NCBI GenBank assembly: GCA_964623555.1
Contig: CAZURF010000001.1
Location: 1,617-47,854, forward strand
DNA: 46,238 nt
Reading direction: 5' to 3'
Source: an uncultured Akkermansia sp.
Lineage (GTDB): Bacteria > Verrucomicrobiota > Verrucomicrobiia > Methylacidiphilales > Verrucolacustridaceae
Shown here: positions 10,002 through 18,508 of the stretch, in pieces
Layout: every line of letters starts with the position of its first letter
Position numbering within the stretch: position 1 is the stretch's first letter
Position numbers and translations under genes: made by a program
The notes under the pieces: generated by a model
What the model saw: only the letters and a program-made list of their open reading frames with translations
What the model was told of the DNA's origin: nothing
The model's database searches: none

Positions 10002-10765
10002 CGGGCGATCCAGGTTCCCGGCGCCGAGGCCTTGACCGATTCCAGCAGGACGCGCGGGCGGCGGCCGTCGGCAATGAGGACAGGCACCCCGCGGGCCAGC
10101 GCGATCCGCGCGGCCTCCAGCTTGGAGCGCATCCCTCCGACCGAACCCGCGCTGCCGGCCCCGCCGGCACAGGCCAGCACCCGGTCATCAATTTTCCGGA
10201 CTCGCCGGATGAGTTGCCCACCGCCATCCGGCCGGCTCATCAGCCCGGGCGCATCGGTCAGGATCACCAGGCGGTCGGCGCGGGCTAGGATCGCCACGTG
10301 GGCGGAGAGCCGGTCGTTGTCCCCAAAGGCGTTGAGCAGCGCGATTTCCTCAAAGGACAAGGCGTCGTTCTCGTTGAACACGGGCACGGCACGTTTTTGT
10401 CGCAGGAGGGTCTGCAGGGTGGAACGGGTGTTGTCGTAAATCCGCCGGCTATCGAGATCCCAGGAGGTCAGCAGGATCTGGGCCGCCAACAGACGGTGGG
10501 GTGCCAGGGCGTCCGCATAGGCACGCATCAACAGGGGTTGTCCGATCGTCGCGCAGGCCTGCAGCTCCGGACGGGAGGAAGGGCGTTTCTTCATTTTCAA
10601 CGCCTGCATGCCGGCCCGGATTGCGCCGGAGCTGACGAGGATGACTTCATGGCCGGAACGGCGCAGGCGCGCCATCTGCCCGGCCCATTGGCGCAGGCGC
10701 GACACCGCCAGGCCTCCGGCGGGGGAAGCCAGCAGGCTGCTGCCGATTTTGACGACGATTCTCAT
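9998..10765 (-). CDS. proB: Glutamate 5-kinase, short form without PUA domain
   Basis: MRIVVKIGSS, LVSSGAI, VFNEND, FGDNDRLSA, GGMRSKLEAA. Start at ATG 10765; ATGA overlap with proA. Confidence 0.95.
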   Translation of the reverse strand: MRIVVKIGSSLLASPAGGLAVSRLRQWAGQMARLRRSGHEVILVSSGAIRAGMQALKMKKRPSSRPELQACATIGQPLLMRAYADALAPHRLLAAQILLTSWDLDSRRIYDNTRSTLQTLLRQKRAVPVFNENDALSFEEIALLNAFGDNDRLSAHVAILARADRLVILTDAPGLMSRPDGGGQLIRRVRKIDDRVLACAGGAGSAGSVGGMRSKLEAARIALARGVPVLIADGRRPRVLLESVKASAPGTWIAR

Positions 10766-10782
10766 CGGAAATTCCCGTCCGC

Positions 10783-11091
10783 CTACGGACGCCGGCCGTC
10801 CACGGCCTTGAGGATCAGGTGCAGAAGCTTGGATCCGGCAAAAATTTTTCCGGTCCACCGGCCCACCCCGCCCTTGCCGGCCCGACCGCCCGAGAAGAGC
10901 TGCACGGCGGCCCAGCCCAGCCCCGCCCATTGGCTGCTGAAACGGAGGACTTTTTCCCCCTCGTCGATCCAGCGGCCGACATCGGACAGCTGGCCGACGG
11001 CGCGACGGAATTCCCACCCCGCCCGGCGGGCGGAGGCGGCACAGGCCAGACGCGCTTCCCGCGCCTGCTTCAGCGCTTGGAGCTCAACCAT
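10783..11091 (-). CDS. Small hypothetical protein, positionally YqjK-like
   Basis: ATG at 11091 (MVELQALKQAREARL...) overlaps the 3' end of the yqjE-like gene. Amphipathic helix then a hydrophobic segment; third gene of a DUF883-YqjE-YqjK type trio. Confidence 0.6.
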   Translation of the reverse strand: MVELQALKQAREARLACAASARRAGWEFRRAVGQLSDVGRWIDEGEKVLRFSSQWAGLGWAAVQLFSGGRAGKGGVGRWTGKIFAGSKLLHLILKAVDGRRP

Positions 11092-11435
11092 TCCCGGTCC
11101 CTCTGGAATTCGGCGACGGTGTCGGCGAACGGCAGGCCTTCCCCGATCGTGCGCTTGCGCATGCGGAGAAAGGCAAAGAGGGCGCCGGCGCCATAGAGGA
11201 CGGCCAGGCCGACCAAACCGAGGATGCGGGCCTGAGGATCGGGCCACACGGTGAGCACCACGGCCAGGGAAGCCACCAGCAGGGAAAGCGCCCCGAGCAC
11301 CAAGGCGATGGCCAGCCACAACACGGCCTCGATGGCCCGCCATTTTTCCTCCTGCAGCTCCGCTCCAAGCAGGCGGAGCCGCTCCTCCACCAATTTGACG
11401 GAGGTCAGGGCCAAATCGCGCAGGGCGGAAATCAT
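11070..11435 (-). CDS. YqjE-like membrane protein (phage holin family 3_6-like)
   Basis: ERLRLLGAELQEEK, two TM helices and C-terminal PFADTVAEFQRDREWL, characteristic of YqjE. Follows a DUF883 gene. Confidence 0.85.
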   Translation of the reverse strand: MISALRDLALTSVKLVEERLRLLGAELQEEKWRAIEAVLWLAIALVLGALSLLVASLAVVLTVWPDPQARILGLVGLAVLYGAGALFAFLRMRKRTIGEGLPFADTVAEFQRDREWLSSKR

Positions 11436-11444
11436 GGCCGGGTC

Positions 11445-11771
11445 CTAACGGCGGTTGAGCAACGCCCCGATGATCAGCCCGGCCACCAGCGCGGCGCCGA
11501 CGGATTCATAGGGATGCTTGCGGATCACTTGGTCGACTTCCTTGAGGCCCTCTTCCGCCGCTTCTTTGACGTCATCCAAATTTTGAAACCGTTCCTTCGC
11601 GGCCTCGATTTTCCGGGCCAACTCCTTCCGCACTTCCTTGGCCTTTTCCCCCAGTTCCCCGGCGGTGGATTCCAAAAGTTGTTCCGCGTTCGCGATCACA
11701 CCCCGGACCTCCCGAGCGATGGAGGAACGGTTGGAGGAGCGGGCAGATTTACGTGCTTTGGTTTTGGCCAT
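11445..11771 (-). CDS. ElaB/YqjD/DUF883 family tail-anchored membrane protein
   Basis: Charged helical body and C-terminal VIRKHPYESVGAALVAGLIIGALLNRR tail anchor. Start at ATG 11771. Confidence 0.92.
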   Translation of the reverse strand: MAKTKARKSARSSNRSSIAREVRGVIANAEQLLESTAGELGEKAKEVRKELARKIEAAKERFQNLDDVKEAAEEGLKEVDQVIRKHPYESVGAALVAGLIIGALLNRR

Positions 11772-11777
11772 CAGAGC

Positions 11778-11806
11778 ATTGTGCCCAAGGCTCAACTTGG
11801 GGGCAA
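11778..11806 (-). promoter_or_regulatory. Putative sigma70-type promoter, leaderless geometry, for the DUF883 operon
   Basis: TTGCCC-17 nt-CACAAT-6 nt-ATG(11771). Confidence 0.55.
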
Positions 11807-11833
11807 GCTTCCGACCCCGCCTAAAGGAGTCGC

Positions 11834-12994
11834 CTAGATTTCCAAGTCGTTGGAGGCCAACCGTTTTTCGAGAAGGTTGCGGGCGGAATGTCGGGCACGA
11901 AGACGGGGATCGAACCAGATTTCCCCAAACATCTGCCCTAGGACGGTGAAAATCCCCAGCAGGGGCATGGCAAGAAGCAGCCCGTAGACCCCGCCCAGCA
12001 TTCCTCCGGCAAAAATCATCATGACCGTGACCAGCGGGTGCATGTGCAGGGCCCGACCCACCGTCATCGGCGTGTAGAGAAACTCGTCCAACAACCGGAC
12101 GCCCAGGAAAAGAAGCACCACCCCCATGATGAGCTGCGGAGAGTGCGGGGCCTGCAGGGCACAGACGCAGACGGCGATGACTCCCCCCACCGCCGTGCCC
12201 ACATAAGGGACCCAGGCGAAGACGGCGCAGATCAGCCCGAGCAGCATGGCGTGCTGGAAGGAAAAAATATTCTGTCCCATGCCCAGCAGCCAGAGGCCCA
12301 GGCCCAGCGTGACCGTGTCGAGCACGGTCAGCCAGAACATCCCGCGGAAGTAGGCCCGCATCTGCCGGTCCATCCGGTCGAACAACAAAAGTGTTTTCTC
12401 AAAAAAGGCGTTGGGCACCGCCCGCATCACCAGCCGGTGAAACGCCGCGGCGTCGCGCAAAAAGAAAAAAGTCAAAAACGGCACCAGCAAGAGGCTTGGC
12501 AGCCATTTGAAGGCGAACAGGGCGGCGTCCCCCGCAAACTGCGTGCCTTTTCCCTGGGCAAAAAAGTCCAACCTCGCCTCCATCCCGGAGGCCAGGCCCG
12601 CCCGCTTGGCCAAAGGCAGACGGTTTTCCACCGACTGCAGGAGCTCGGATGCGATTTTTGTCAGGCGTTGCATGGTGTCGGGCAGTTCGGACTGGAAACG
12701 GGCCAGGGAGTTGAACATGGCCGGCAGGACCGTGAGGGAGGCCACCACGCAGACGAAAGATGCCAACACGAGGAAAATCACCAGCGCCTGGTTGGGCAAA
12801 ACCCCCGCGTGCTGCAGGCGCACCAAAAAGGGCTGCACCAGATAGTAAAGCACCACGGCCAGGATGAGCGGCAAAGCCAGCCAGGCGACCCGATCCAGCA
12901 ACACAATCGACCCCAAGGTGGCCCCAATCACCCCCACCCAGATGATCGGGTGCTCCAGGCTGCGCTCGTGGGAAAGGCGGGGTTCTTCGCTCAA
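11834..12994 (-). CDS. AI-2E (PerM/UPF0118) family permease
   Basis: About 8 TM segments; FLTFFFLRD, AYFRGM, FAWVPYVG, YTPMTVGRALHMHPL, GGMLGGVYGLLLAMP. TTG start. Confidence 0.92.
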   Translation of the reverse strand: MSEEPRLSHERSLEHPIIWVGVIGATLGSIVLLDRVAWLALPLILAVVLYYLVQPFLVRLQHAGVLPNQALVIFLVLASFVCVVASLTVLPAMFNSLARFQSELPDTMQRLTKIASELLQSVENRLPLAKRAGLASGMEARLDFFAQGKGTQFAGDAALFAFKWLPSLLLVPFLTFFFLRDAAAFHRLVMRAVPNAFFEKTLLLFDRMDRQMRAYFRGMFWLTVLDTVTLGLGLWLLGMGQNIFSFQHAMLLGLICAVFAWVPYVGTAVGGVIAVCVCALQAPHSPQLIMGVVLLFLGVRLLDEFLYTPMTVGRALHMHPLVTVMMIFAGGMLGGVYGLLLAMPLLGIFTVLGQMFGEIWFDPRLRARHSARNLLEKRLASNDLEI

Positions 12995-12997
12995 GGC

Positions 12998-13486
12998 TTA
13001 CGAAAGAATCTGCGGCTCGCCGCTTCCCTCCACCATCCGGCGGAGACGGACGGCAATGAGCCGGGCCACCTGCATAGCCAACTTGAAACCAAGCCGGGGC
13101 CGGGCCTCGGCCAGACGTTCCAGTTCCGGCCGGAACATGGCCAACACCACTGAGGACTCCTCCGCCACCACTGTCGCCAGCCGCGGCGTCGCCTCCAACA
13201 GGGCGATTTCCCCGAAACACTCCCCGGGAAGAATCTCGCCGATTTTCTTCCTTTTCAGCATTCCCTTGCGCGTGGCGATGAATTTGCCGGAGAGCACGAT
13301 GTAAACGCCCTCGCCCTCCTCGCCCTCGTCAAAAACGATTTCTCCCGCCAGATAGTGCCGCTCATGCAGGTAGAGTTTCAGGATTTCCAATTCCTGGCGG
13401 CTGCAATCCCGGAAGATGGCAGTGGCCCCGACGACTTTCAGTTTGGGGTCGAGCGGCGGGGGACGGAGAAAGCTCCAGAGTTTCAC
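12998..13486 (-). CDS. Stand-alone cyclic nucleotide-binding domain protein
   Basis: IVFDEGEEGEGVYIVLSG and phosphate-binding cassette GECFGEIALLEATPRLATVVA. No HTH follows. Confidence 0.9.
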   Translation of the reverse strand: MKLWSFLRPPPLDPKLKVVGATAIFRDCSRQELEILKLYLHERHYLAGEIVFDEGEEGEGVYIVLSGKFIATRKGMLKRKKIGEILPGECFGEIALLEATPRLATVVAEESSVVLAMFRPELERLAEARPRLGFKLAMQVARLIAVRLRRMVEGSGEPQILS

Positions 13487-13545
13487 TTACCCCCACAATC
13501 TCCCCAACCCATCCCCACGGCCAGCGGAAAAGTCCTTCTTTGCTC

Positions 13546-13574
13546 TTGGGAACCCTGCGCCCCCCTTTTACTAT
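13546..13574 (+). promoter_or_regulatory. Putative sigma70-type promoter for the STAS-mla operon
   Basis: TTGGGA-17 nt-TACTAT-9 nt-ATG(13584); no SD sequence. Confidence 0.5.
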
Positions 13575-13583
13575 TCAGATTCC

Positions 13584-13925
13584 ATGGAAATTTCGGAAAA
13601 AACGGAAAAAGGCGTGCTGGTGCTGGCGGTGAAGGGGGAAATCGACCTCCATGTCTCCCCTTCCTTGCGCACCGTCCTCAAGTCCAAGGTCCAAGCCAAG
13701 ACCCCCTCCTTGCTCCTGAACCTCGGCGAAGTCACCTACATCGATTCCTCCGGCCTCGCCACCCTGATCGAATATTACCAGGGAGCCCGGGCCTTTCAGG
13801 GAAAGTTCGGCCTCTGTTGCCTCAATCTTTCCGTGCGCAGCTCGCTTGAGCTTGTCCGCCTCAGCGAGGTCTTTTCCATCTTTCCGTCCGAGGCCGACGG
13901 CCTCCGCTCCTTCGCCTCCTCTTGA
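13584..13925 (+). CDS. STAS-domain anti-sigma-factor antagonist (RsbV/SpoIIAA-like; MlaB position)
   Basis: VLAVKGEIDL and LNLGEVTYIDSSGLATL, with the phosphorylatable Ser motif. Start at ATG 13584. Confidence 0.92.
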   Translation: MEISEKTEKGVLVLAVKGEIDLHVSPSLRTVLKSKVQAKTPSLLLNLGEVTYIDSSGLATLIEYYQGARAFQGKFGLCCLNLSVRSSLELVRLSEVFSIFPSEADGLRSFASS

Positions 13926-14698
13926 AATTTCTCGTCAACGCCCTGCGCCGGGTCGAAGGACAGGGTTATGTGACCCTCAACGCACGCATCTACTCCTTCC
14001 TGATCTGGGGCCTAACCAACCCGCGCGTGCTTTCCCCGGACCTGACACTGCGCCAGATGATCCGGATCGGCGTCGAAGCCCTGCCCATGGCCAGTCTCGT
14101 CGCCCTGAGCGTCGGCTTCATCCTCGCTATGCAGTCCTCCACCGAACTCGGCAAACTCGGGGCCAATGCCTTCATCCCCGACCTGGTCTCCCTCAGCCTG
14201 CTCCGGGAACTCGGTCCCCTCCTCATTGCCATCATCGTGGTGGGGCGGAGCGGTTCGGCGGTGGCGGCGGAGCTCGGCACCATGAAGGTCAACGAGGAGA
14301 TCGAAGCCCTCCGGGTGATGGCGATCTCGCCGATCCGGTATCTGGTCGTGCCCCGTTACCTCGCGCTGATGATCATGTTGCCTATTCTCACCGTTTTCGG
14401 AAACTGTATCGGCCTCGCCGGAGGATGGGCGGTTTGTGTCGGCACCCTGGACATGACCTCCTCCTTTTACATTACCCACGCCGTGCAGCGGCCGGAACTT
14501 TGGGATCTCTATTCCGGGCTCATCAAGAGCGCCGTCTTTGCCCACCTCATCGTCACCATCGCCTGTCACCAGGGTTTGAACGTCTCCGGCGGGGCGGAAG
14601 GCGTCGGCCGCGCCACCACCGCCTCCGTCGTCTATTCCATCCTCTGGATCATCATCTCGGACGCCCTCCTGACCGGACTCTTTTTCTTCGTGCTATGA
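13922..14698 (+). CDS. mlaE: MlaE family ABC permease
   Basis: LRELGPLL, GRSGSAVAAELGTMKVNEEIEAL, YLVVPR, GAEGVGRATT. Confidence 0.93.
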   Translation: MKFLVNALRRVEGQGYVTLNARIYSFLIWGLTNPRVLSPDLTLRQMIRIGVEALPMASLVALSVGFILAMQSSTELGKLGANAFIPDLVSLSLLRELGPLLIAIIVVGRSGSAVAAELGTMKVNEEIEALRVMAISPIRYLVVPRYLALMIMLPILTVFGNCIGLAGGWAVCVGTLDMTSSFYITHAVQRPELWDLYSGLIKSAVFAHLIVTIACHQGLNVSGGAEGVGRATTASVVYSILWIIISDALLTGLFFFVL

Positions 14699-15558
14699 GC
14701 CCCACCCCAAAAAAAGCCAAGTCCGGCCCGAAAAAAATCTTTCAACCCGGGGAGGTGATCCTGGAGGTGCGGGACCTGGTCCAGGTTTTCGGGGACCGCC
14801 GCGTACTCAACGGCATCAGCTTCCAGGTCCGGGCCGGGGAAACCTTTGTCATCATGGGCGGAAGCGGTTGCGGCAAGACCACCCTGCTCCGCTGCCTCAT
14901 CGGCGCCCAAAAACCCACGTCCGGCTCCATCCATCTTTTCGGTGAGGACATCACGCGGATGGACCCCATCGAAATGGACCGCATCCGCCTGCGGTTCGGC
15001 ATGAACTTTCAGTTCGGCGCCCTTTTCCAGTCCATGACGGTGGGGGAAAACATCGCCCTGCCCATCCGGGAGCACAGTCAGGTGGACCCCTCCCTGATCG
15101 AAATGATCGTCAAAATGAAGCTGGAGCTGGTGGGGTTGACCGGCTTCGAGAATTTCATGCCTTCGGAACTCAGCGGCGGCATGCGCAAGCGGGTCGGGCT
15201 GGCCCGGGCCATGGCCCTGGATCCCGACATTCTTTTCAGCGACGAGCCCACCTCCGGGTTGGACCCCGTCATGACCGCGGTGGTGGACCAGTTGACCCTC
15301 GATGGCACCCGCAAGATCGGCGCCACCGCCGTGGTGGTCAGCCATGACATGACCAGCGTCTTCCGGATCGCCACCCGCATGATCATGCTGGGAAACGGCC
15401 CCCGCCAGGGGGAGATCGTGGCCGAGGGAACGCCCGAGGAGATCCGCAAAAATCCCGATCCCTTCCTCCAGCAGTTCGTCCGCGGCGAGGCGGACGGCCC
15501 CATTCCCCTGCGGATGGCCCAAGATGAGTACTTGAAACACCTTCTCGGAGACGGCTGA
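14695..15558 (+). CDS. mlaF: MlaF/Mkl family ABC ATPase
   Basis: GGSGCGKTT, FQFGALF, PSELSGGMRKRVGLARA, DEPTSGLDP, VSHD. True start at ATG 14695 (ATGA overlap with mlaE). Confidence 0.93.
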   Translation: MSPTPKKAKSGPKKIFQPGEVILEVRDLVQVFGDRRVLNGISFQVRAGETFVIMGGSGCGKTTLLRCLIGAQKPTSGSIHLFGEDITRMDPIEMDRIRLRFGMNFQFGALFQSMTVGENIALPIREHSQVDPSLIEMIVKMKLELVGLTGFENFMPSELSGGMRKRVGLARAMALDPDILFSDEPTSGLDPVMTAVVDQLTLDGTRKIGATAVVVSHDMTSVFRIATRMIMLGNGPRQGEIVAEGTPEEIRKNPDPFLQQFVRGEADGPIPLRMAQDEYLKHLLGDG

Positions 15559-15572
15559 ATCTTACCCTTTCC

Positions 15573-16277
15573 ATGAAGACTTTCCGTGCCGATTTTCTCG
15601 TGGCCGCGCTGGTGATCCTTTGCAGCGTGGTCATGCTGGTGGCCCTGACTCTGGCCATCTCCGGCACCCATCTCACCTCTCCCAAGGCCACCCTGACGAT
15701 TGACCTGCCTTCGGCCGTCGGCTTGGACAAGCAGGCGGAAGTCCGTTACGCCGGGGCCGGCGTGGGTCGCATCCGCAACGTCCGACCCCTCACCGACGAG
15801 GAAAGGCTCAAGGTTTCGCCGGATTGCGCCATCCGCGTGGTGGCCGACATTCATCATCCCCTGCCGGAACTCCGCATCGGCACCACCGCCTCCATCACCG
15901 CCGACACCGTGCTCGGGGAAAAATACCTGAACCTCGAGCCCGGCCCGATCACCAACCCCGGCATCGCCCCCGGCACCATCCTGTACGCCAAACGCTCCGC
16001 CTCGTTGGACGAGGTGATGACGTCCGGCAAACAGCTCCTCGACAAGGCCAACGAGCTGATCGCCAACAACGAGGCCGCCATCAACAAACTCATCACCGAC
16101 CTCAAGGTGGTCATGGACAACTTCAAGGTCATCTCCACTTACGGAAAAACCTTCGTCGGAACGGTGGCCCGCAAACCTTGGCGCCTGGTCTTTGGCGGCC
16201 CCGTCCCCCGGCTGCCCTCCGAGGAAAAGATCCTGAAGAGTGACAAGCCGTTGCCTGCCCCGATTCCCAACGACTGA
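15573..16277 (+). CDS. mlaD: MCE/MlaD family periplasmic substrate-binding protein
   Basis: N-terminal TM anchor, GLDKQAEVRYAGAGVGRI and VLGEKYLNLEPG, then a short helical region. Confidence 0.88.
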   Translation: MKTFRADFLVAALVILCSVVMLVALTLAISGTHLTSPKATLTIDLPSAVGLDKQAEVRYAGAGVGRIRNVRPLTDEERLKVSPDCAIRVVADIHHPLPELRIGTTASITADTVLGEKYLNLEPGPITNPGIAPGTILYAKRSASLDEVMTSGKQLLDKANELIANNEAAINKLITDLKVVMDNFKVISTYGKTFVGTVARKPWRLVFGGPVPRLPSEEKILKSDKPLPAPIPND

Positions 16278-16282
16278 TCCAC

Positions 16283-16717
16283 GTGGATCCGGCTTCCACC
16301 GCTCCTGAAGCCGTGCTCGAAATCGAGCTCGCCCCGCCCCGCCTGCACGGTCTCCGGGCCCTCGCGGAAAAATGGGCGCTCCACACCGGTTTCAGCCAGG
16401 CGGAGGCCGGCCGGATGCTGGCCGGAGTCGATGAGGCCCTCGCCAACATTCATCTGCACGCCTACTCCGGTCGCCCGGGCTGGGTCCGCATTGAGGTTCA
16501 ACCCGGCCCCGCCGAGTTGACCTTCCGGCTGATCGACCACGGCCGCCCTTACGATCCCGGCCATGCCCCCGCCCGGAAGCCGGGGGAAGTGGGCGCCGGG
16601 GGCTGGGGCAACCTGATCATCCGGGAGGCGTTTCCCCGGGTGGAGAGAAAGCGCGTGGGCGAAAAAAATATCCTGCTTCTCGGCCGACCCCTTCCGAGGG
16701 AAAAAGGAAAGACATGA
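16283..16717 (+). CDS. Anti-sigma factor / Ser-Thr kinase, RsbW/SpoIIAB-like (HATPase_c_2)
   Basis: N-box VDEALANIHLHAY, G1 LIDHGRPYDP, G2 GGWGNLII. Confidence 0.87.
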   Translation: MDPASTAPEAVLEIELAPPRLHGLRALAEKWALHTGFSQAEAGRMLAGVDEALANIHLHAYSGRPGWVRIEVQPGPAELTFRLIDHGRPYDPGHAPARKPGEVGAGGWGNLIIREAFPRVERKRVGEKNILLLGRPLPREKGKT

Positions 16718-17580
16718 AGTTCACCTTTTGGGGCACCCGGGGAAGCATTCCCACGCCCTGCAATCCCCAAACCCCCACTCAGGAATACGGCGGCGACACC
16801 ACCTGCGTGAGTTTGGAATGGGGTCAGGACGGACTTCTGGTGATCGATGCGGGCACGGGAATTCGCCGGGCCGGTTTTCACTGGTTAAAGGCGGGGCGGA
16901 AAAACTTCACCCTTCTCTTCACCCACGCCCACTGGGATCACCTGCAGGGATTTCCTTTTTTCGCCCCGGCTTATGTCGAGGGAGTCGCCATCGAAATCCT
17001 CTCTCCCCGCCTTCCCAACCGCCCGGCCGGCAACATCATCCAAAAGGCCCTGCACGCCCAACAGGAGGAACCGTACTTCCCCGCCGGCTTCCCCGAGTTG
17101 AAGGCGAAATTTTCTTTTCGCGAGGTGCAGGCCGGCGAGGAAATGAAATTCGCCTCCGGCAAGGAAACCATCCGGGCGCAGAGCGCCCTCACCCGTCATC
17201 CCGGGGGATGTTTTGCCTACCGGTTTGATGGACCGGGACGGGGGGGCGAGCGGTCGCTGGTGTTCGCCACCGACAACGAACCTCCCATCGATCCCCAAAG
17301 TCCTCTCCTCAAGATGACCCACGGCGCCGATCTTCTCATCTGCGACGGCCAATATACGGATGAGGAACACGAAAAACGCCGCGGTTGGGGCCACGGCACC
17401 CCCGCGCTCTGCCTGCAGGAGGCCGTGGTCGCCAAAGCCAAACGCCTTCTCGTCACGCATTTCGATCCCGGCCATCCGGACGCCCAGCTTGAACAGATGG
17501 AAGACGCGCTGATGGCCGCCGCCCGGAAGCAGGGGGTGGAAGCCGCCTTTGCGCGGCAAAACCAGGAAGTCGTTCTCTAA
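16714..17580 (+). CDS. MBL-fold metallo-hydrolase (FWGTRGS subfamily, phosphodiesterase-like)
   Basis: FWGTRGSIP, YGGDTTCV, IDAGTG, THAHWDH (HxHxDH), HPGG, ATDNE, GWGH, THFDP. ATGA overlap with the kinase gene. Confidence 0.9.
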   Translation: MKFTFWGTRGSIPTPCNPQTPTQEYGGDTTCVSLEWGQDGLLVIDAGTGIRRAGFHWLKAGRKNFTLLFTHAHWDHLQGFPFFAPAYVEGVAIEILSPRLPNRPAGNIIQKALHAQQEEPYFPAGFPELKAKFSFREVQAGEEMKFASGKETIRAQSALTRHPGGCFAYRFDGPGRGGERSLVFATDNEPPIDPQSPLLKMTHGADLLICDGQYTDEEHEKRRGWGHGTPALCLQEAVVAKAKRLLVTHFDPGHPDAQLEQMEDALMAAARKQGVEAAFARQNQEVVL

Positions 17581-17592
17581 GAAATTTTAGGG

Positions 17593-18381
17593 TCAGTCTC
17601 CCGGGGTTTGCAGCTCCCCGAGGAGACGGTGTTCGACAAAATTTCCCTCCCGATCCACGAATCCGCCTTTGCCCGTGAAAAGCGTCACCCTCGACCATCC
17701 GGAACGGAATCCATCCACGGCCAAGTAGCGGGGCTGCACGCAGACTTTTCCGCTCGTGTCCAGGAACCCCCAGGCCGATCCCACGCGGAAGGGAATCCGG
17801 CCTTCCCGGGCCTCGCGAATCTCATCATACCCGGGTTCCACCACGTATTTTCCGCAGGAATCAATCAGACCCCACTTCCCACCCAAAGCCGCCGGGGCCA
17901 TCCGGTCCCCCAAAGGCGGCGCCAGATCCACACCCATCACCCCTTCAAAACAGCTGGTTTTATCAACGATCGCGTACTGCCCGCCCACCTGCACCGCCGC
18001 AACGCCCTCTCGGAAAGGGCGGGCATCGGAAAAATAGGGCTCAATCCTCCACTCTCCATTCCTGCCAACAAAACCCCACTTTTTACCCGCCCGGGCCGGA
18101 GCCAAACCCCCGGAAAACGGCCCCACCCAGTCGTACCGGCCGGAACCAATCCGGGCTCCCTTTTCATCCACCAAAAACCAGTCCCGCCCCTTGCGCACCC
18201 CAGCCCGGTCTTCGGTCAGGGGCCACGCCCAGTCCAGCTCCGCGGGGATCACCAAAGTCCCCTGATCGTTCACCAAGCCGAACTTTTTTCCCAGCCGCAC
18301 CGGATGAAACCCGCCGACGTCCTCGGCATGGACCGGAATGGAAAACGCCAACAGCAGGGCCCAACGCAAAAGTCGGTTCAT
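17593..18381 (-). CDS. Secreted WG-repeat (KWG-type) protein
   Basis: Signal peptide MNRLLRWALLLAFSIPVHA. Repeats KKFGLVNDQG, KKWGFVGRNG, GKWGLIDSCG, AWGFLDTSG, GGFVDREG. Start moved to ATG 18381. Confidence 0.88.
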   Translation of the reverse strand: MNRLLRWALLLAFSIPVHAEDVGGFHPVRLGKKFGLVNDQGTLVIPAELDWAWPLTEDRAGVRKGRDWFLVDEKGARIGSGRYDWVGPFSGGLAPARAGKKWGFVGRNGEWRIEPYFSDARPFREGVAAVQVGGQYAIVDKTSCFEGVMGVDLAPPLGDRMAPAALGGKWGLIDSCGKYVVEPGYDEIREAREGRIPFRVGSAWGFLDTSGKVCVQPRYLAVDGFRSGWSRVTLFTGKGGFVDREGNFVEHRLLGELQTPGD

Positions 18382-18473
18382 TCCCAAATCATTTCGCCCG
18401 CCGGCCAAACCCGCCAACTTTCGTCGACCCCCCATCGAATGATTGGGGGATAATTTGGGGGCAACAGCCCCCC

Positions 18474-18501
18474 TTGTCCCGGGCCTCCGCTTCTCTAGTC
18501 T
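18474..18501 (+). promoter_or_regulatory. Putative sigma70-type promoter, leaderless geometry, for resB-ccsA-folB
   Basis: TTGTCC-16 nt-TAGTCT-7 nt-ATG(18509). Confidence 0.5.
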
Positions 18502-18508
18502 GAATGGG

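Noticed and set aside
9998-10765. proB lacking the PUA domain as a truncated pseudogene
   Set aside because: PUA-less glutamate 5-kinases are common, the catalytic motifs are intact, and the stop is coupled to proA.
11070-11435. Phage holin family protein as a sign of prophage
   Set aside because: YqjE-like proteins are chromosomal stress membrane proteins, and there are no phage genes, integrase or att sites nearby.
11782-11805. Imperfect hairpin upstream of the DUF883 gene as a riboswitch or terminator
   Set aside because: It is short and bulged, has no U-tract or aptamer features, and is better explained as a promoter.
13846-14694. Apparent long N-terminal extension of MlaF (570-aa ORF)
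   Set aside because: It overlaps mlaE out of frame. The ATGA-coupled start at 14695 gives a normal MlaF.
12998-17580. cNMP-binding protein plus MBL hydrolase as an anti-phage (Pycsar/CBASS-like) system
   Set aside because: No cyclase or nucleotidyltransferase is present, and the context is housekeeping transport and regulation.
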